A stretch of DNA of 62,791 bases, the filler included, from Thermodesulfobacteriota bacterium (GTDB lineage: Bacteria > DASVDK01): assembly GCA_036381125.1 (NCBI GenBank). It is 5 parts of 5 records of this genome, joined end to end, with 100 filler letters (N's around TTAATTAATTAA, not from the genome) between each part and the next. Parts side by side here need not be neighbours in the genome. Positions count along the whole stretch, not along the records: positions 1 to 31,862 come from DASVDK010000085.1; positions 31,963 to 43,796 come from DASVDK010000089.1; 3 more parts are not named here. One strand, 5' to 3'. This document shows, piece by piece, positions 22,131 through 32,292 of the stretch; the stretch's first letter is position 1, and each line of letters starts with the position of its first letter. A model generated the notes under the pieces. The model searched no databases. It was not told where the DNA came from and was given only the letters and a program-made list of their open reading frames with translations. Both the position numbers and the translations under genes were made by a program.

Positions 22131-23996
22131 ATGGTGCACCTGGGCGACGGCGATCACGAGGCACGGGAACTCCGCAACCGCTTCCAGTACGCCTTCATCG
22201 TCGTCGTCGGCGTCTTCACGCTGATCCTGTTCCGGCTCACGTACCTGCAGATCATCCAGGGCGACACGTTCCGGAACCTCTCGGAGAGCAACCGCGTCCG
22301 GATCCGGGTCGTGACGGCGCCGCGCGGCATCATCTACGACGCGAAGGGGCGCATCCTCGTCGACAACCGCCCGGCCTTCGACGTGAAGCTCATCCCCGAG
22401 GACGTGCGCGACGTCGCCGAGGCGATCGAGCGGGTGGGGCGGCTGCTGAACCTCACCGAGGAGGAGATCGCCGACCGCGTGGCGGAGGCGAGCCCGCCCG
22501 CCCCGCCCTGGCGGCCGGTCCTCATCAAGGGCGACGTCTCCAGGGACGAGCTGGCGCTCGTCGAGACCCGCAAGCTCGACCTCCCCGGCGTCTTCGTCGA
22601 CGTGGGGCAGCGGCGCGCCTATCGGTACGGCAAGCTCGCGGCCCACCTCCTCGGCTACATGGGGGAGATCAGCGAGGCGGAGCTCAAGCGCCCCGAGTAC
22701 AAGGACTACCGGCAGGGGGAGTTCATCGGGAAGGTCGGGGTCGAGCGCCGGTACGAGGCGTACCTCAGGGGCGTGCACGGCCAGAAGCACATCGAGGTGG
22801 ACGCGGCGGGGCGCGAGGTGGCCTTCCTGCGGGAGATCCCGCCGATCCCGGGGAAGGACCTCTACCTCACCATCGACCTCGACCTGCAGCTCGCCGCCGA
22901 GGAGGCGATGCAGGGGAAGTCGGGGGCGGTGATCGCCCTCGACCCGCGCAACGGCGACGTCCTCGCCATGGTCTCCGCGCCGGCCTTCGATCCGGACGTC
23001 TTCGCGAGGGGCATCACGGCGGCCGAGTGGCAGGCCCTCACGCGCGACCCCCGCAAGCCGCTCAACAACAAGGGCATCCAGGGCACCTACCCGCCCGGCT
23101 CCACCTGGAAGGCGATCGTCGCCGCGGCCGGCCTCCACGCGAAGGCGATCACGCCCGGCACGGCGCTGCACTGCGGCGGGACCTTCCCGTTCGGCCGGCG
23201 GGTCTTCCGCGACTGGAAGCTCTCGGGCCACGGCGCGGTCACCCTCTACGACTCGCTCGTGCAGTCGTGCGACGTGTACTACTACCGGCTCGGCGACAAG
23301 CTCGGCGTCGACCGCATCGCCGAGGAGGCCCTCGGCATGGGCTTCGGCCGCGTGACCGGCATCGAGCTCGAGGGCGAGAAGTCGGGGCTCGTCCCCTCCA
23401 CGGCCTGGAAGGAGCGGCGGTTCAAGCAGCCCTGGTACCCGGGCGAGACGATCTCCGTCGCCATCGGCCAGGGCGCCACGACGGTCACGCCGATCCAGCT
23501 CGTGAACGCCTACGCGTCGCTCGCCAACGGCGGCAAGCTCTGGCGGCCCCAGGTGGTGAGCCGGGTCGTCGACATCGACGGCACCGTGGTCTACGCTCGC
23601 GAGCCGCAGCTCATCGGCCTCACCCCGACGACCCCTGCGGCCAACGAGGCGATCGCCCGCGGGCTCCTCGGCGTCCTCGAGGACCCGAAGGGCACCGCCC
23701 ACAGCCATCGCTCGAAGGACTTCAGGATGGCCGGCAAGACCGGCACGGCGCAGGTCTCGAGCCGGCTCTACTCGGCCAGGGACGAGGAGAAGATCCCCTG
23801 GCACCTGCGCGACCACGCCTGGTTCGTGGCGTTCTCGCCGGAGGTCGATGCGGAGATCGCCGTCGTCACCCTTGCCGAGCACGGGGGGCACGGCGGCAGC
23901 GCCGCCGCGCCGGTCGTCAAGGCGGTCATCGCGCGGTACTGGGAGCTCAAGCGGATGCGGGAGAACGTGCAGGCGCCGACCGGAGGGCGAGGGTAG
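22131..23996 (+). CDS. mrdA: Penicillin-binding protein 2
   Basis: APRGIIYD, YPPGSTWK (SxxK), SCD, KTGTAQ. Confidence 0.96.
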   Translation: MVHLGDGDHEARELRNRFQYAFIVVVGVFTLILFRLTYLQIIQGDTFRNLSESNRVRIRVVTAPRGIIYDAKGRILVDNRPAFDVKLIPEDVRDVAEAIERVGRLLNLTEEEIADRVAEASPPAPPWRPVLIKGDVSRDELALVETRKLDLPGVFVDVGQRRAYRYGKLAAHLLGYMGEISEAELKRPEYKDYRQGEFIGKVGVERRYEAYLRGVHGQKHIEVDAAGREVAFLREIPPIPGKDLYLTIDLDLQLAAEEAMQGKSGAVIALDPRNGDVLAMVSAPAFDPDVFARGITAAEWQALTRDPRKPLNNKGIQGTYPPGSTWKAIVAAAGLHAKAITPGTALHCGGTFPFGRRVFRDWKLSGHGAVTLYDSLVQSCDVYYYRLGDKLGVDRIAEEALGMGFGRVTGIELEGEKSGLVPSTAWKERRFKQPWYPGETISVAIGQGATTVTPIQLVNAYASLANGGKLWRPQVVSRVVDIDGTVVYAREPQLIGLTPTTPAANEAIARGLLGVLEDPKGTAHSHRSKDFRMAGKTGTAQVSSRLYSARDEEKIPWHLRDHAWFVAFSPEVDAEIAVVTLAEHGGHGGSAAAPVVKAVIARYWELKRMRENVQAPTGGRG

Positions 23997-25075
23997 TGTT
24001 CGAGCGGCGCGTCGCCACGAACTTCGACTGGACGCTCTTCTGGCTCACCTACGCCATCGCGCTGGTCGGCATCGTGAACCTCGTCTCCGCGTCCCGGCCC
24101 GACGCCGTCAGGCAACTGCAGTGGCTCGTCATCGGCTCGGTCCTGATGGTCGTCTTCCTCGTGGTCCACTACCACTTCATCGGGCGAGCCGCGTACTTCG
24201 GCTACGCGGTGGTCCTCGCCATGCTGGCCTGCGTGCTGCTGTTCGGGCGGTCGGGCGGCGGGGCGCAGCGCTGGCTGCCGCTCGGGCCGGTGGCGGTCCA
24301 GCCGTCCGAGTTCGCGAAGCTCGCCGTCATCGTCGTCCTGGCGCGCTGGTTCTCGCGCGACGGCCGGGGCGACAAGCCGCTCGGCCTCGTCGACCTGGTC
24401 GTCCCCGGGCTGCTGGCCGGGGTGCCGACCCTGATGGTCATGAAGCAGCCGGACCTCGGCACCGCGCTGATCATCTTCTTCATCTTCTGCGCCATGGTGG
24501 CGATCCACGGGATCCGCCTGAAGGCGCTGCTCCTCATCGTCGGCACCGGGCTCGCCGCGAGCCCGGTGGTCTGGCGGCACCTCAAGCCCTACCAGCGCAG
24601 CCGGCTCCTCACGTTCATGAACCCGGAGGCCGACCCCCAGGGGACCGGGTACCACATCCTGCAGTCGAAGATCGCCATCGGCTCGGGTCGGCTCTTCGGC
24701 AAGGGGTTCACCGAGGGGACGCAGTCGCAGCTCCAGTTCCTGCCGGAGCATCACACCGACTTCGCCTTCGCGGTGTGGGGCGAGGAGTGGGGATTCCTCG
24801 GCGCCTTCCTGCTGCTGCTCCTCTACTTCGTCCTCATCCTCTGGGGGCTCAACATCGCGCTCAAGGCGAAGGACCGCCTCGGCACGCTCCTGGCGTACGG
24901 GATCACGGCCTACCTCTTCCTGCACGTCGCGATCAACATCGGCATGGTGACCGGCGTCCTGCCGGTCGTCGGGGTGCCGCTGGTGCTGATGTCGTACGGC
25001 GGCTCGTCGGTCTTCACGACGCTCGCGTGCGTCGGCCTCTTGCTGAACATCTCCATGCGGCGGTACATGTTCTAG
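23996..25075 (+). CDS. rodA: Rod shape-determining protein RodA
   Basis: GAQRW, QPSEFAK, QPDLGT, LPEHHTDF, SYGGSS. Confidence 0.96.
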   Translation: MFERRVATNFDWTLFWLTYAIALVGIVNLVSASRPDAVRQLQWLVIGSVLMVVFLVVHYHFIGRAAYFGYAVVLAMLACVLLFGRSGGGAQRWLPLGPVAVQPSEFAKLAVIVVLARWFSRDGRGDKPLGLVDLVVPGLLAGVPTLMVMKQPDLGTALIIFFIFCAMVAIHGIRLKALLLIVGTGLAASPVVWRHLKPYQRSRLLTFMNPEADPQGTGYHILQSKIAIGSGRLFGKGFTEGTQSQLQFLPEHHTDFAFAVWGEEWGFLGAFLLLLLYFVLILWGLNIALKAKDRLGTLLAYGITAYLFLHVAINIGMVTGVLPVVGVPLVLMSYGGSSVFTTLACVGLLLNISMRRYMF

Positions 25076-25077
25076 CA

Positions 25078-25611
25078 ATGGTCGACCTCTATCAGGATCC
25101 GCGCCGACCCGAAGCCGCCGCCGTGCTCTCGGCCCTCGCCGGCCGAACGCTGGGTCGGGTCCGGGCGCTGGCGGCCGAGACCCTGTCGGGCGACCTCGAG
25201 TTCGCCGAGGTGGAGCTGACGTTCGAGGGAGGCCCCACCCTGGTCCTCGGCATCGGCCGCGCGGGGGCCGGGGGGCCGGCCGATCCGGCCGACATCTGGA
25301 TCGCGCCGGGCGCCATGACCCACGAGGCCGACCCCGCCAACCCCTGGCAGCCGATCACGCTCGACGCGCACCCGGTCTGGCGCCCCCGGCTCGGCTCCCG
25401 GGTGCTCGTCGCCCAGCCGGTCCGGGGCGGCGACGGCTTCACGGCGTCGGCGCCCGGGCTGCCGTCGGACGCCCAACCGCTCACCGGGGTGGTCTTCACC
25501 TTCGAGGACGGCCGGCGGGTCGAGGTCTACGATGCCGGGCGCTGCCTCCACATGGTCGTCCTCCCCGACACGCCGGTCGTCGCCGGCGCCGCGTCCGACC
25601 CCGGCCGCTGA
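25078..25611 (+). CDS. Hypothetical protein directly after rodA
   Basis: ATG 2 nt after the rodA stop; G/C-ending codons; globular composition. Confidence 0.6.
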   Translation: MVDLYQDPRRPEAAAVLSALAGRTLGRVRALAAETLSGDLEFAEVELTFEGGPTLVLGIGRAGAGGPADPADIWIAPGAMTHEADPANPWQPITLDAHPVWRPRLGSRVLVAQPVRGGDGFTASAPGLPSDAQPLTGVVFTFEDGRRVEVYDAGRCLHMVVLPDTPVVAGAASDPGR

Positions 25612-25845
25612 GCCCACGCCTCTCCGTGGAGCCCGCGGCCGGGCCTCCGCTGGCGGGAGGCTCGTGCCGGGACTTTGCGGAGAGGCGACGACGGAGTCTA
25701 CGCCGGTGGCACGCCGTCGAACGGAGCGGTTCGGCCGGGGCGTGCTACTATGCCGATTTGTCTGGGAAAGCACCGGCAGCGGCCGCGCGCCGTGGGACGG
25801 GGATCGCCCGTCGCGGCGGGGCGCGCGGCGCGGGGGGAGGGGGGG

Positions 25846-26175
25846 TCAGGCGACCTTCGCGAGGGCCGCTTCGATCTTCGGCCTGGGCACGAGGCCGACC
25901 ACCTGGTCGACCACGGCGCCACCCTTGAAGAGGAGGAGGGTGGGGATGCCCATGATGCGGTACTCGCTGGCCGTCCGCGGGTTCTCGTCCACGTTGAGCT
26001 TGACGACCTTCACCTTGCCGGCGTACGCCTTCGCCAGCTCCTCCACGGTGGGCGCGAGGGCGCGGCAGGGGGCGCACCACGCGGCCCAGAAGTCCACGAG
26101 GGTCGGGATCGGGGACTCGAGGACCTCCTGCTTGAAGTTGGCGTCGGTGACGGCGGCGACCGCGTCGCTGGCCAT
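25846..26175 (-). CDS. trxA: Thioredoxin
   Basis: [29 protein letters not shown]. Confidence 0.95.
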   Translation of the reverse strand: MASDAVAAVTDANFKQEVLESPIPTLVDFWAAWCAPCRALAPTVEELAKAYAGKVKVVKLNVDENPRTASEYRIMGIPTLLLFKGGAVVDQVVGLVPRPKIEAALAKVA

Positions 26176-26312
26176 GTTGTCGATCTCCTTCGGGTAACGT
26201 CCGTTTGCCGCGCAAAGCCGCGCCGTGCGGCGCGGCCGCGGCCGGGGCGGTCGAGATACTCGACCACGCGGAAACCCCAAGAGTCTACCTCGGCGGTCAA
26301 GGCAGGGGGGCC

Positions 26313-26897
26313 ATGAGCCGGCTTCGCGAGCGGGTGGAGCGCATCTTCGCCGACAGCATCGCCGCCAAGCAGGAGTTCGTCGCGGCGCACGCCGACGCCG
26401 TCGTCCGTGCGGCCGAGGCGATGGCCCGCGCCCTGCGCGACGGCCGGACGATCCTCGTCTTCGGCAACGGAGGGAGCGCCGCCGACGCGCAGCACATCGC
26501 GGCCGAGTTCACGAACCGGTTCGAGATCGAGCGGCCCCCGCTGGCCGCGCTGGCGCTCACGACCGACACGTCGGCCCTCACCGCCATCGGGAACGACTAC
26601 GGCTTCGACGAGGTCTTCGAGAAGCAGGTGAAGGCGCTCGGCCGCCGAGGCGACGTGGCGATCGGCATCTCCACGTCCGGCAACTCGAGGAACGTCGTGC
26701 GCGCGCTCGAGGCCGCGCGCGGCCGCGGCCTCGTGACCATCGGCTTCACGGGCGAGGGGGGCGGGACGATGGCGCCGCTCTGCGACCACCTCTTCCGGGT
26801 CCCGAGCCGCGTCACCGCGCGCATCCAGGAGACGCACATCACCCTCGGCCACACCCTCTGCGCGCTCGTGGACGAGATCCTCTACGGGCAGCGGTGA
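26313..26897 (+). CDS. gmhA: D-sedoheptulose 7-phosphate isomerase
   Basis: [30 protein letters not shown]. Confidence 0.95.
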   Translation: MSRLRERVERIFADSIAAKQEFVAAHADAVVRAAEAMARALRDGRTILVFGNGGSAADAQHIAAEFTNRFEIERPPLAALALTTDTSALTAIGNDYGFDEVFEKQVKALGRRGDVAIGISTSGNSRNVVRALEAARGRGLVTIGFTGEGGGTMAPLCDHLFRVPSRVTARIQETHITLGHTLCALVDEILYGQR

Positions 26898-27583
26898 TGC
26901 CGCACTATCCGGTCATGCTCGACGTGACCGGCCGCCGGGCGGTCGTGGTGGGGGGTGGGCGCGTGGGCGAGCGCAAGGTCGACGGCCTGCTCGAGGCCGG
27001 CGCGGACGTGCTGGTCGTGAGTCCCGAGGCCACCCCGGAGCTGGCCGCGCGCGCGCAGGCGGGGGCGATCGCCTGGCACCGGCGCCCGTACCTGCGCGAG
27101 GACCTGGCCGGCGCCTGCCTGGTCTTCGCCGCCACCGACCGGCGGGAGGTGAACGCCGCGGTCCAGGCGGACGCCCGGGCGGCCGGCATCCCCTGCAACG
27201 TGGTCGACGACCCCGAGGGGTGCGACTTCTTCGTCCCCGCGGTCGTCCGCCGCGGCGAGCTGGTGCTGGCCGTCTCCACCGGGGGGGCGAGCCCGGCCGT
27301 CGCGCGCAAGGTCCGCGAGGCGCTCGAGGCGCGCTTCGGTCCCGAGTGGGCGCCGTACCTCGACCTCCTCGCCCGGGTGCGCGAGGCGCTCCAGGCCCTC
27401 GGCGACCCCGCCGACCGCAACCGGGACCTCTTCCTCGATCTGGCCGACCTCGACCTCCTGCCGCTCGTCGCCGCCGGGGCGTGGGCGGAGGTCGAGCGGG
27501 CGGTCACGGCCGCGGCCGAGCGGCGGCTCGGCGGACGCGCCGCCGGCCGGTTCACCCTGTCCGCACTGGGGATGGCCCGCTGA
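26897..27583 (+). CDS. sirC: Precorrin-2 dehydrogenase / sirohydrochlorin ferrochelatase (SirC/Met8-like)
   Basis: YPVMLD, VVGGGRVGERK, NVVDDPEGCDF, VSTGGASP. Confidence 0.9.
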   Translation: MPHYPVMLDVTGRRAVVVGGGRVGERKVDGLLEAGADVLVVSPEATPELAARAQAGAIAWHRRPYLREDLAGACLVFAATDRREVNAAVQADARAAGIPCNVVDDPEGCDFFVPAVVRRGELVLAVSTGGASPAVARKVREALEARFGPEWAPYLDLLARVREALQALGDPADRNRDLFLDLADLDLLPLVAAGAWAEVERAVTAAAERRLGGRAAGRFTLSALGMAR

Positions 27584-28395
27584 TGGTCGACCGCCTCCTC
27601 TTCGACGGCACGGTGGTGCTCTACGTGCTCGGCACGGGCGGCTTCCTCGCCTTCCTGCTACTCGACCGGCCGAAGGTGGCCAGGGCGGCGCGCGCGATCA
27701 CCATGGCCGGCTTCGCCGTCCACTCGGCGAGCCTCGTCGCCCGGTACGTCGGCGACCGGGTGTCGCCGACCGCGAGCCTCCTCGAGGCGCTGTCGTTCTT
27801 CGCATGGGCCATCGTCGGCGCGTCGATCGTCTTCCAGTCCCGCTACCGCATGCCGGTCCTCGGCGCCTTCGCCACGCCGCTGGCGGCCATGCTCCTCCTC
27901 GTCGCCTCGACGAGCGGCGGCGCGGCGCCGCCGCCGAGCAGCGTGCCCGGCGTCTGGCTGCCGATCCACGTCGGCCTGGTGTTCCTCGGCGATGCCCTCC
28001 TCGCGCTCGCCGCCTGCGCGGGCCTCATGTACATCCTGCAGGAGCGCACCCTGAAGGCCAAGCGGGGCGGCTGGGTGACGCGCCGCTTCCCCTCGCTCGA
28101 GGTGCTCGACGCGGTGAACGTCCGTTCGCTCACGATCGGCTTCCTGCTCCTCACGCTCGGGCTCCTCTCGGGCGGCGTCATCGCCCGGTTCGCCTCGGGC
28201 GCGATCACCTGGTGGGAGCCGACGGTCGTCTTCTCCATCCTCACGTGGGTGCTCTACGCCGTCCTCCTGCACGGCCGCGTGACGGTGGGGTGGCGGGGGC
28301 ACCGGGCCGCCGTCCTCGCCATCGCCGGCTTCGTCGCCGTGCTGGTCACCCTGGTCGGCGTGGGCCTCTTCCGCGTCGGCGGGCACACGGTCTGA
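27583..28395 (+). CDS. CcsA/HemX-like membrane protein (cytochrome c assembly family)
   Basis: Multi-TM; IHV, MYILQERTLK, PSLEVLD, GWRGHRAA; located before hemA. Confidence 0.8.
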   Translation: MVDRLLFDGTVVLYVLGTGGFLAFLLLDRPKVARAARAITMAGFAVHSASLVARYVGDRVSPTASLLEALSFFAWAIVGASIVFQSRYRMPVLGAFATPLAAMLLLVASTSGGAAPPPSSVPGVWLPIHVGLVFLGDALLALAACAGLMYILQERTLKAKRGGWVTRRFPSLEVLDAVNVRSLTIGFLLLTLGLLSGGVIARFASGAITWWEPTVVFSILTWVLYAVLLHGRVTVGWRGHRAAVLAIAGFVAVLVTLVGVGLFRVGGHTV

Positions 28396-28396
28396 C

Positions 28397-29752
28397 ATGA
28401 CGCTCGTCCTGCTCGGTCTCAACCACACGACCGCGTCCGTCGAGGTCCGCGAGCGCCTCGCGGTCCCGGAGGACCGGCTGCCGGCGGTGCTGGCGAGTCT
28501 GAACGGGCTCCCCGAGGTGGAGGAGGTCTGCGCCCTCTCCACCTGCAACCGTGTCGAGGTCATCCTGGCCGTCGAGACGGCGGCCGGCGCCGAGGAGGCG
28601 GTGCGCAGGCTGCTCGAGTGGCAGGGCGTCGAGCCGACGCTCGTCGAGTCGGCGCTCTACCGGCTCGAGGAGGCGGCCGTGGCCCGGCACCTCTTCCGCG
28701 TCGCCTCCGGGCTCGACTCCCTGGTGCTCGGCGAGCCGCAGATCCTGGGCCAGGTGAAGGAGGCCTACGCGGCGGCGCTTCGCGCCAGGACGGCCGGCCC
28801 GCGCCTCTCGCGCCTCTTCCACACCGTCTTCCGCGTGGCCAAGCGGATCCGGACCGAGACCGGGCTCGGGGCGCAGGCCGTCTCCGTGGGGCACGCCGCG
28901 GTGGCGCTCGCGCGCCGGATCTTCGACGACCTCACGACCAAGCGGGTCCTCGTGCTCGGCGCCGGCGAGATGGCGGAGATCACCGCGCGCCACCTCGCCG
29001 CGTCCGGCGTGCGCGACGTGACCGTGGCGAGCCGGTCGGCCGAGCGCGCCCGGGCCCTGGCCATGGCGCTCGGTGGGCGCACCGTGCCGTACGAGGCCCT
29101 GGCCCAGGCCGTGGGCGAGGCCGACATCGTGGTCGCCTCGACCGGATCGCCGACGCCGATCGTCCACGCCGGCATGGTGGCCGACCTGATGCGCGCGCGC
29201 CGGCAGAAGCCGCTCTTCTTCATCGACATCGCCGTGCCGCGCAACGTCGACCCCCACGTCCACGACCTCGCCAACGTCTACCTGTACGACATCGACGACC
29301 TCAAGGCGGTCGTCGAGGAGGGGCGCTCCCACCGGCAGCGCGAGGCGGGGCGCGCGGAGCGGATCGTCGAGGAAGAGGTCGAGGCCTTCGTCCGCGGCGT
29401 CCGCACGCGGGAGGTCGTTCCCACGATCGTCGCGCTCAGGCGCCGGTTCGAGGCGATCCGCCGGGCGGAACTGGCCCGCATGGCCGCGGCGCTGCGCGAC
29501 CTGACGCCCGAGCAGCGCAAGGCCGTCGAGCGTCTCACCGAGGGGATGCTCGGCAAGCTCCTCCATGCGCCCACTGCGACGCTCAAGCGCCTCGCCGAGG
29601 AGGCCGAGGGCTCGCTCTACGCCGACGCGCTCGCCACGCTCTTCGAGCTCGAGCGCGCGGCCGACGCCCCGAGGCGGCGGGGGGCCGTCTCCGAGAGCCC
29701 GGCCGAGGCGGCGCCGGCGCCGATCGCCGCGCGGCGGGGGCAGACCGCGTGA
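28397..29752 (+). CDS. hemA: Glutamyl-tRNA reductase
   Basis: GLNHTTA, STCNRVE, GLDSLVLGEPQILGQVK, GAGEMA, DIAVPRN. Confidence 0.97.
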   Translation: MTLVLLGLNHTTASVEVRERLAVPEDRLPAVLASLNGLPEVEEVCALSTCNRVEVILAVETAAGAEEAVRRLLEWQGVEPTLVESALYRLEEAAVARHLFRVASGLDSLVLGEPQILGQVKEAYAAALRARTAGPRLSRLFHTVFRVAKRIRTETGLGAQAVSVGHAAVALARRIFDDLTTKRVLVLGAGEMAEITARHLAASGVRDVTVASRSAERARALAMALGGRTVPYEALAQAVGEADIVVASTGSPTPIVHAGMVADLMRARRQKPLFFIDIAVPRNVDPHVHDLANVYLYDIDDLKAVVEEGRSHRQREAGRAERIVEEEVEAFVRGVRTREVVPTIVALRRRFEAIRRAELARMAAALRDLTPEQRKAVERLTEGMLGKLLHAPTATLKRLAEEAEGSLYADALATLFELERAADAPRRRGAVSESPAEAAPAPIAARRGQTA

Positions 29753-30666
29753 CGGCCCCGCTGACGATCGCCACGCGCGGCAGCGCACTCGCGCTCTGGC
29801 AGGCGAACCACGTGAAGGCCAGGCTGGAGGCGCTCGACCCCTCGCGCGAGGTCCGGCTGCTCGTCCTCAGGACGACCGGCGACCGCGTCCAGGACCGCCC
29901 GCTGGCCGAGATCGGGGGCAAGGGGCTCTTCGTCAAGGAGATCGAGGAGGCGCTGCTCGACGGCCGCGCCGACCTGGCCGTGCACTCCATGAAGGACCTG
30001 CCCGCCGCGCTCCCCGGCGGCCTCGAGGTCGCCGCCGTGCCCGAACGCGACGACCCGCGCGACGCGTTCTGCTCGCCGGCGTACGCCCGGCTCGCCGACC
30101 TCCCGGCGGGGGCCGTCGTCGGCACGAGCAGCGTCCGCCGGCAGGCGCAGCTCCTCGACCGATACCCGCACCTCGTGGTCGAGCCGCTCCGCGGCAACGT
30201 CGACACCCGCCTGCGCCGATTGAACGAGGGTCGGTACGCCGGTATCATCCTCGCGATGGCCGGTCTCTCGCGGCTCGGGCTCCTCGCGCAGGTGCGGGAG
30301 CCGCTCTCCCCCGACGTCTCCCTCCCCGCGATCGGCCAGGGCGCGCTCGCCGTGGAGGCGCGCGTCGGCAGCCGCGGCGCGGAGGCCGTCCGCCCGCTCG
30401 AGCACGAGGCGAGCCGCCTCGCGACGACCGCCGAGCGCGCCGTGCTGGCGGCCGTGTCGGGAGACTGCCGGACGCCGCTCGCGGCCCACGCCGCGCTCGA
30501 GGGGGGGCGGCTCAGGCTGCGCGCCCTGCTCGCCTCGCCGGACGGCCGACGCGTCGTGCGGCACGAGGCCGCCGGCGCGGCCTCGGCGCCGGAGGCGCTC
30601 GGCCGCGAGGTCGCGGCGGCGCTCCTCGAGAAGGGGGCCGACATCGTGCGGGGGCTCCGCGCATGA
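29749..30666 (+). CDS. hemC: Hydroxymethylbilane synthase
   Basis: ATRGSALALWQA, GGKGLFVKE, VHSMKD, GTSSVRR, RGNVDTR, cofactor Cys in GDCRTP. Confidence 0.97.
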   Translation: MTAPLTIATRGSALALWQANHVKARLEALDPSREVRLLVLRTTGDRVQDRPLAEIGGKGLFVKEIEEALLDGRADLAVHSMKDLPAALPGGLEVAAVPERDDPRDAFCSPAYARLADLPAGAVVGTSSVRRQAQLLDRYPHLVVEPLRGNVDTRLRRLNEGRYAGIILAMAGLSRLGLLAQVREPLSPDVSLPAIGQGALAVEARVGSRGAEAVRPLEHEASRLATTAERAVLAAVSGDCRTPLAAHAALEGGRLRLRALLASPDGRRVVRHEAAGAASAPEALGREVAAALLEKGADIVRGLRA

Positions 30667-31862
30667 GCGGCATGGTCTACCTCGTCGGCGCCGGTCCCGG
30701 CGATCCGGGACTGCTCACGCTGCGCGGCGCCGAGTGTCTCGGCCGGGCCGACGTCGTCGTCTACGACTACCTGGCCAACCCGGCGCTCCTCGGCCGCGCG
30801 CGGAGCGACGCCGAGCGCGTCTACGTGGGCAAGCAGGGCGGCCGACCCAGCATGTCCCAGGACGAGATCAACCGGATCCTCGTCGAGCGCGCGCGGGCCG
30901 GGCGGCTCGTCTGCCGGTTGAAGGGGGGCGACCCCTTCGTCTTCGGCCGCGGCGGCGAGGAGGCGCTGGCGCTCGAGGCGGCCGGCGTGCCGTTCGAGGT
31001 CGTGCCGGGCGTGACGAGCGCCGTCGGCGCGCCGGCCTACGCCGGCATCCCGCTCACCCACCGTGACCTCGTCTCCACGGTCACCTTCGTGACCGGTCAC
31101 GAGGACCCCACCAAGCCGGACTCGAACATCGACTGGGCCGGCCTCGCCCGCGGCGGGACGCTCGTGTTCTTCATGGGCGTCAAGACCCTTCCGGACACCG
31201 TCGCGCGCCTCGTCGCGCACGGCCGCTCGCCGGAGACCCCCGTGGCGGTGATCCGCTGGGGCACCACGCCCGAGCAGGAGACGGTGGTCGGGACCCTGGC
31301 CGACATCGTGGAGCGGACGCGCGCCCGCGGGATCACGCCGCCCGCGCTCACGGTCGTGGGCGAGGTCGTCCGGCTTCGCGAGCGGATCGCCTGGCTCGAG
31401 CGGCGGCCGCTCTTCGGCCGGCGCATCCTCGTCACGCGCGCGCGCGAGCAGGCGTCGGTCTTCGCCGAGGGGCTGCGCGAGGCGGGCGCCGTCCCCGTGG
31501 AGTTCCCGACGATCGAGATCCGGCCGCCCGACTCGTGGGCGGAGCTGGACGCGGCGCTGGGCCGCCTCGCCGGGTACGACTGGGTGGTCTTCACGAGCGC
31601 CAACGCGGTCCGGTACCTGCTGATGCGCCTGCGCGCCACGGGGCGCGACGTGCGCGCCCTCGGCAGGGCCCGCCTCTGCGCCATCGGCCCGGCCACGGCC
31701 GAGGCGATCGAGGGGCTCGGCCTCCGGGTGGACGTCGTGCCGCCCGAGTACCGGGCGGAGGCCGTCGTCGCGGCGCTCGCGGCGGCCGAGGGCCCGGACG
31801 GCCTGCGGGGCCGCCGCGTGCTCGTCCCGCGCGCCGGGGACGCCCGTGAGGTCGTGCCGGCC
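30663..31862 (+). CDS. cobA: Uroporphyrinogen-III C-methyltransferase / synthase fusion (CobA-HemD), truncated by contig end
   Basis: [27 protein letters not shown], then [11 protein letters not shown] and VFTSANAV (HemD). Confidence 0.93.
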
Positions 31863-31962
31863 NNNNNNNNNNNNNNNNNNNNNNNNNNNNNNNNNNNNNN
31901 NNNNNNTTAATTAATTAANNNNNNNNNNNNNNNNNNNNNNNNNNNNNNNNNNNNNNNNNNNN
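31863..31962. other. Artificial contig linker
   Basis: N run, TTAATTAATTAA, N run (100 bp). Confidence 0.98.
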
Positions 31963-32210
31963 TGGAGCTGGTAGAAGGTCGGCCCGGCGACCTGCCAGTG
32001 GTGCTTCTTGTAGAGGTCCCGCAGCGTCATCGTGTCGGCGAGGATCTGGTTGAGCAGGCCGACGCTCGCCGCGGCCGTCCGCTCGTCGAGGGCGATCGGC
32101 ATCTTCGCCACCGCGCCGAAGGCCTGGATCTCCTTCGAGCGGAGATTGGTGATCGCCTCCGCTCGATTCGTCTGCCGGTCCGCCACTCGCCTGGTCGCTT
32201 CTCTGGTCAT
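31963..32210 (-). CDS. dps: Dps (DNA starvation/stationary phase protection protein), partial
   Basis: LNQILADTMTLRDLYKKHHWQVAGPTFYQL. Confidence 0.9.
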
Positions 32211-32292
32211 CGTCTCTCCTCCATCCGGATCACGATCCGCGTAGGCTCGAGGACCGTCAGTCACGCCCCATGCCGAGACCCGGTGAAGCGGA

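Noticed and set aside
25743-25751. Extended -10-like TGCTACTAT pointing antisense toward trxA
   Set aside because: No convincing -35 box, ORF or RNA structure downstream; unsupported without transcript data.
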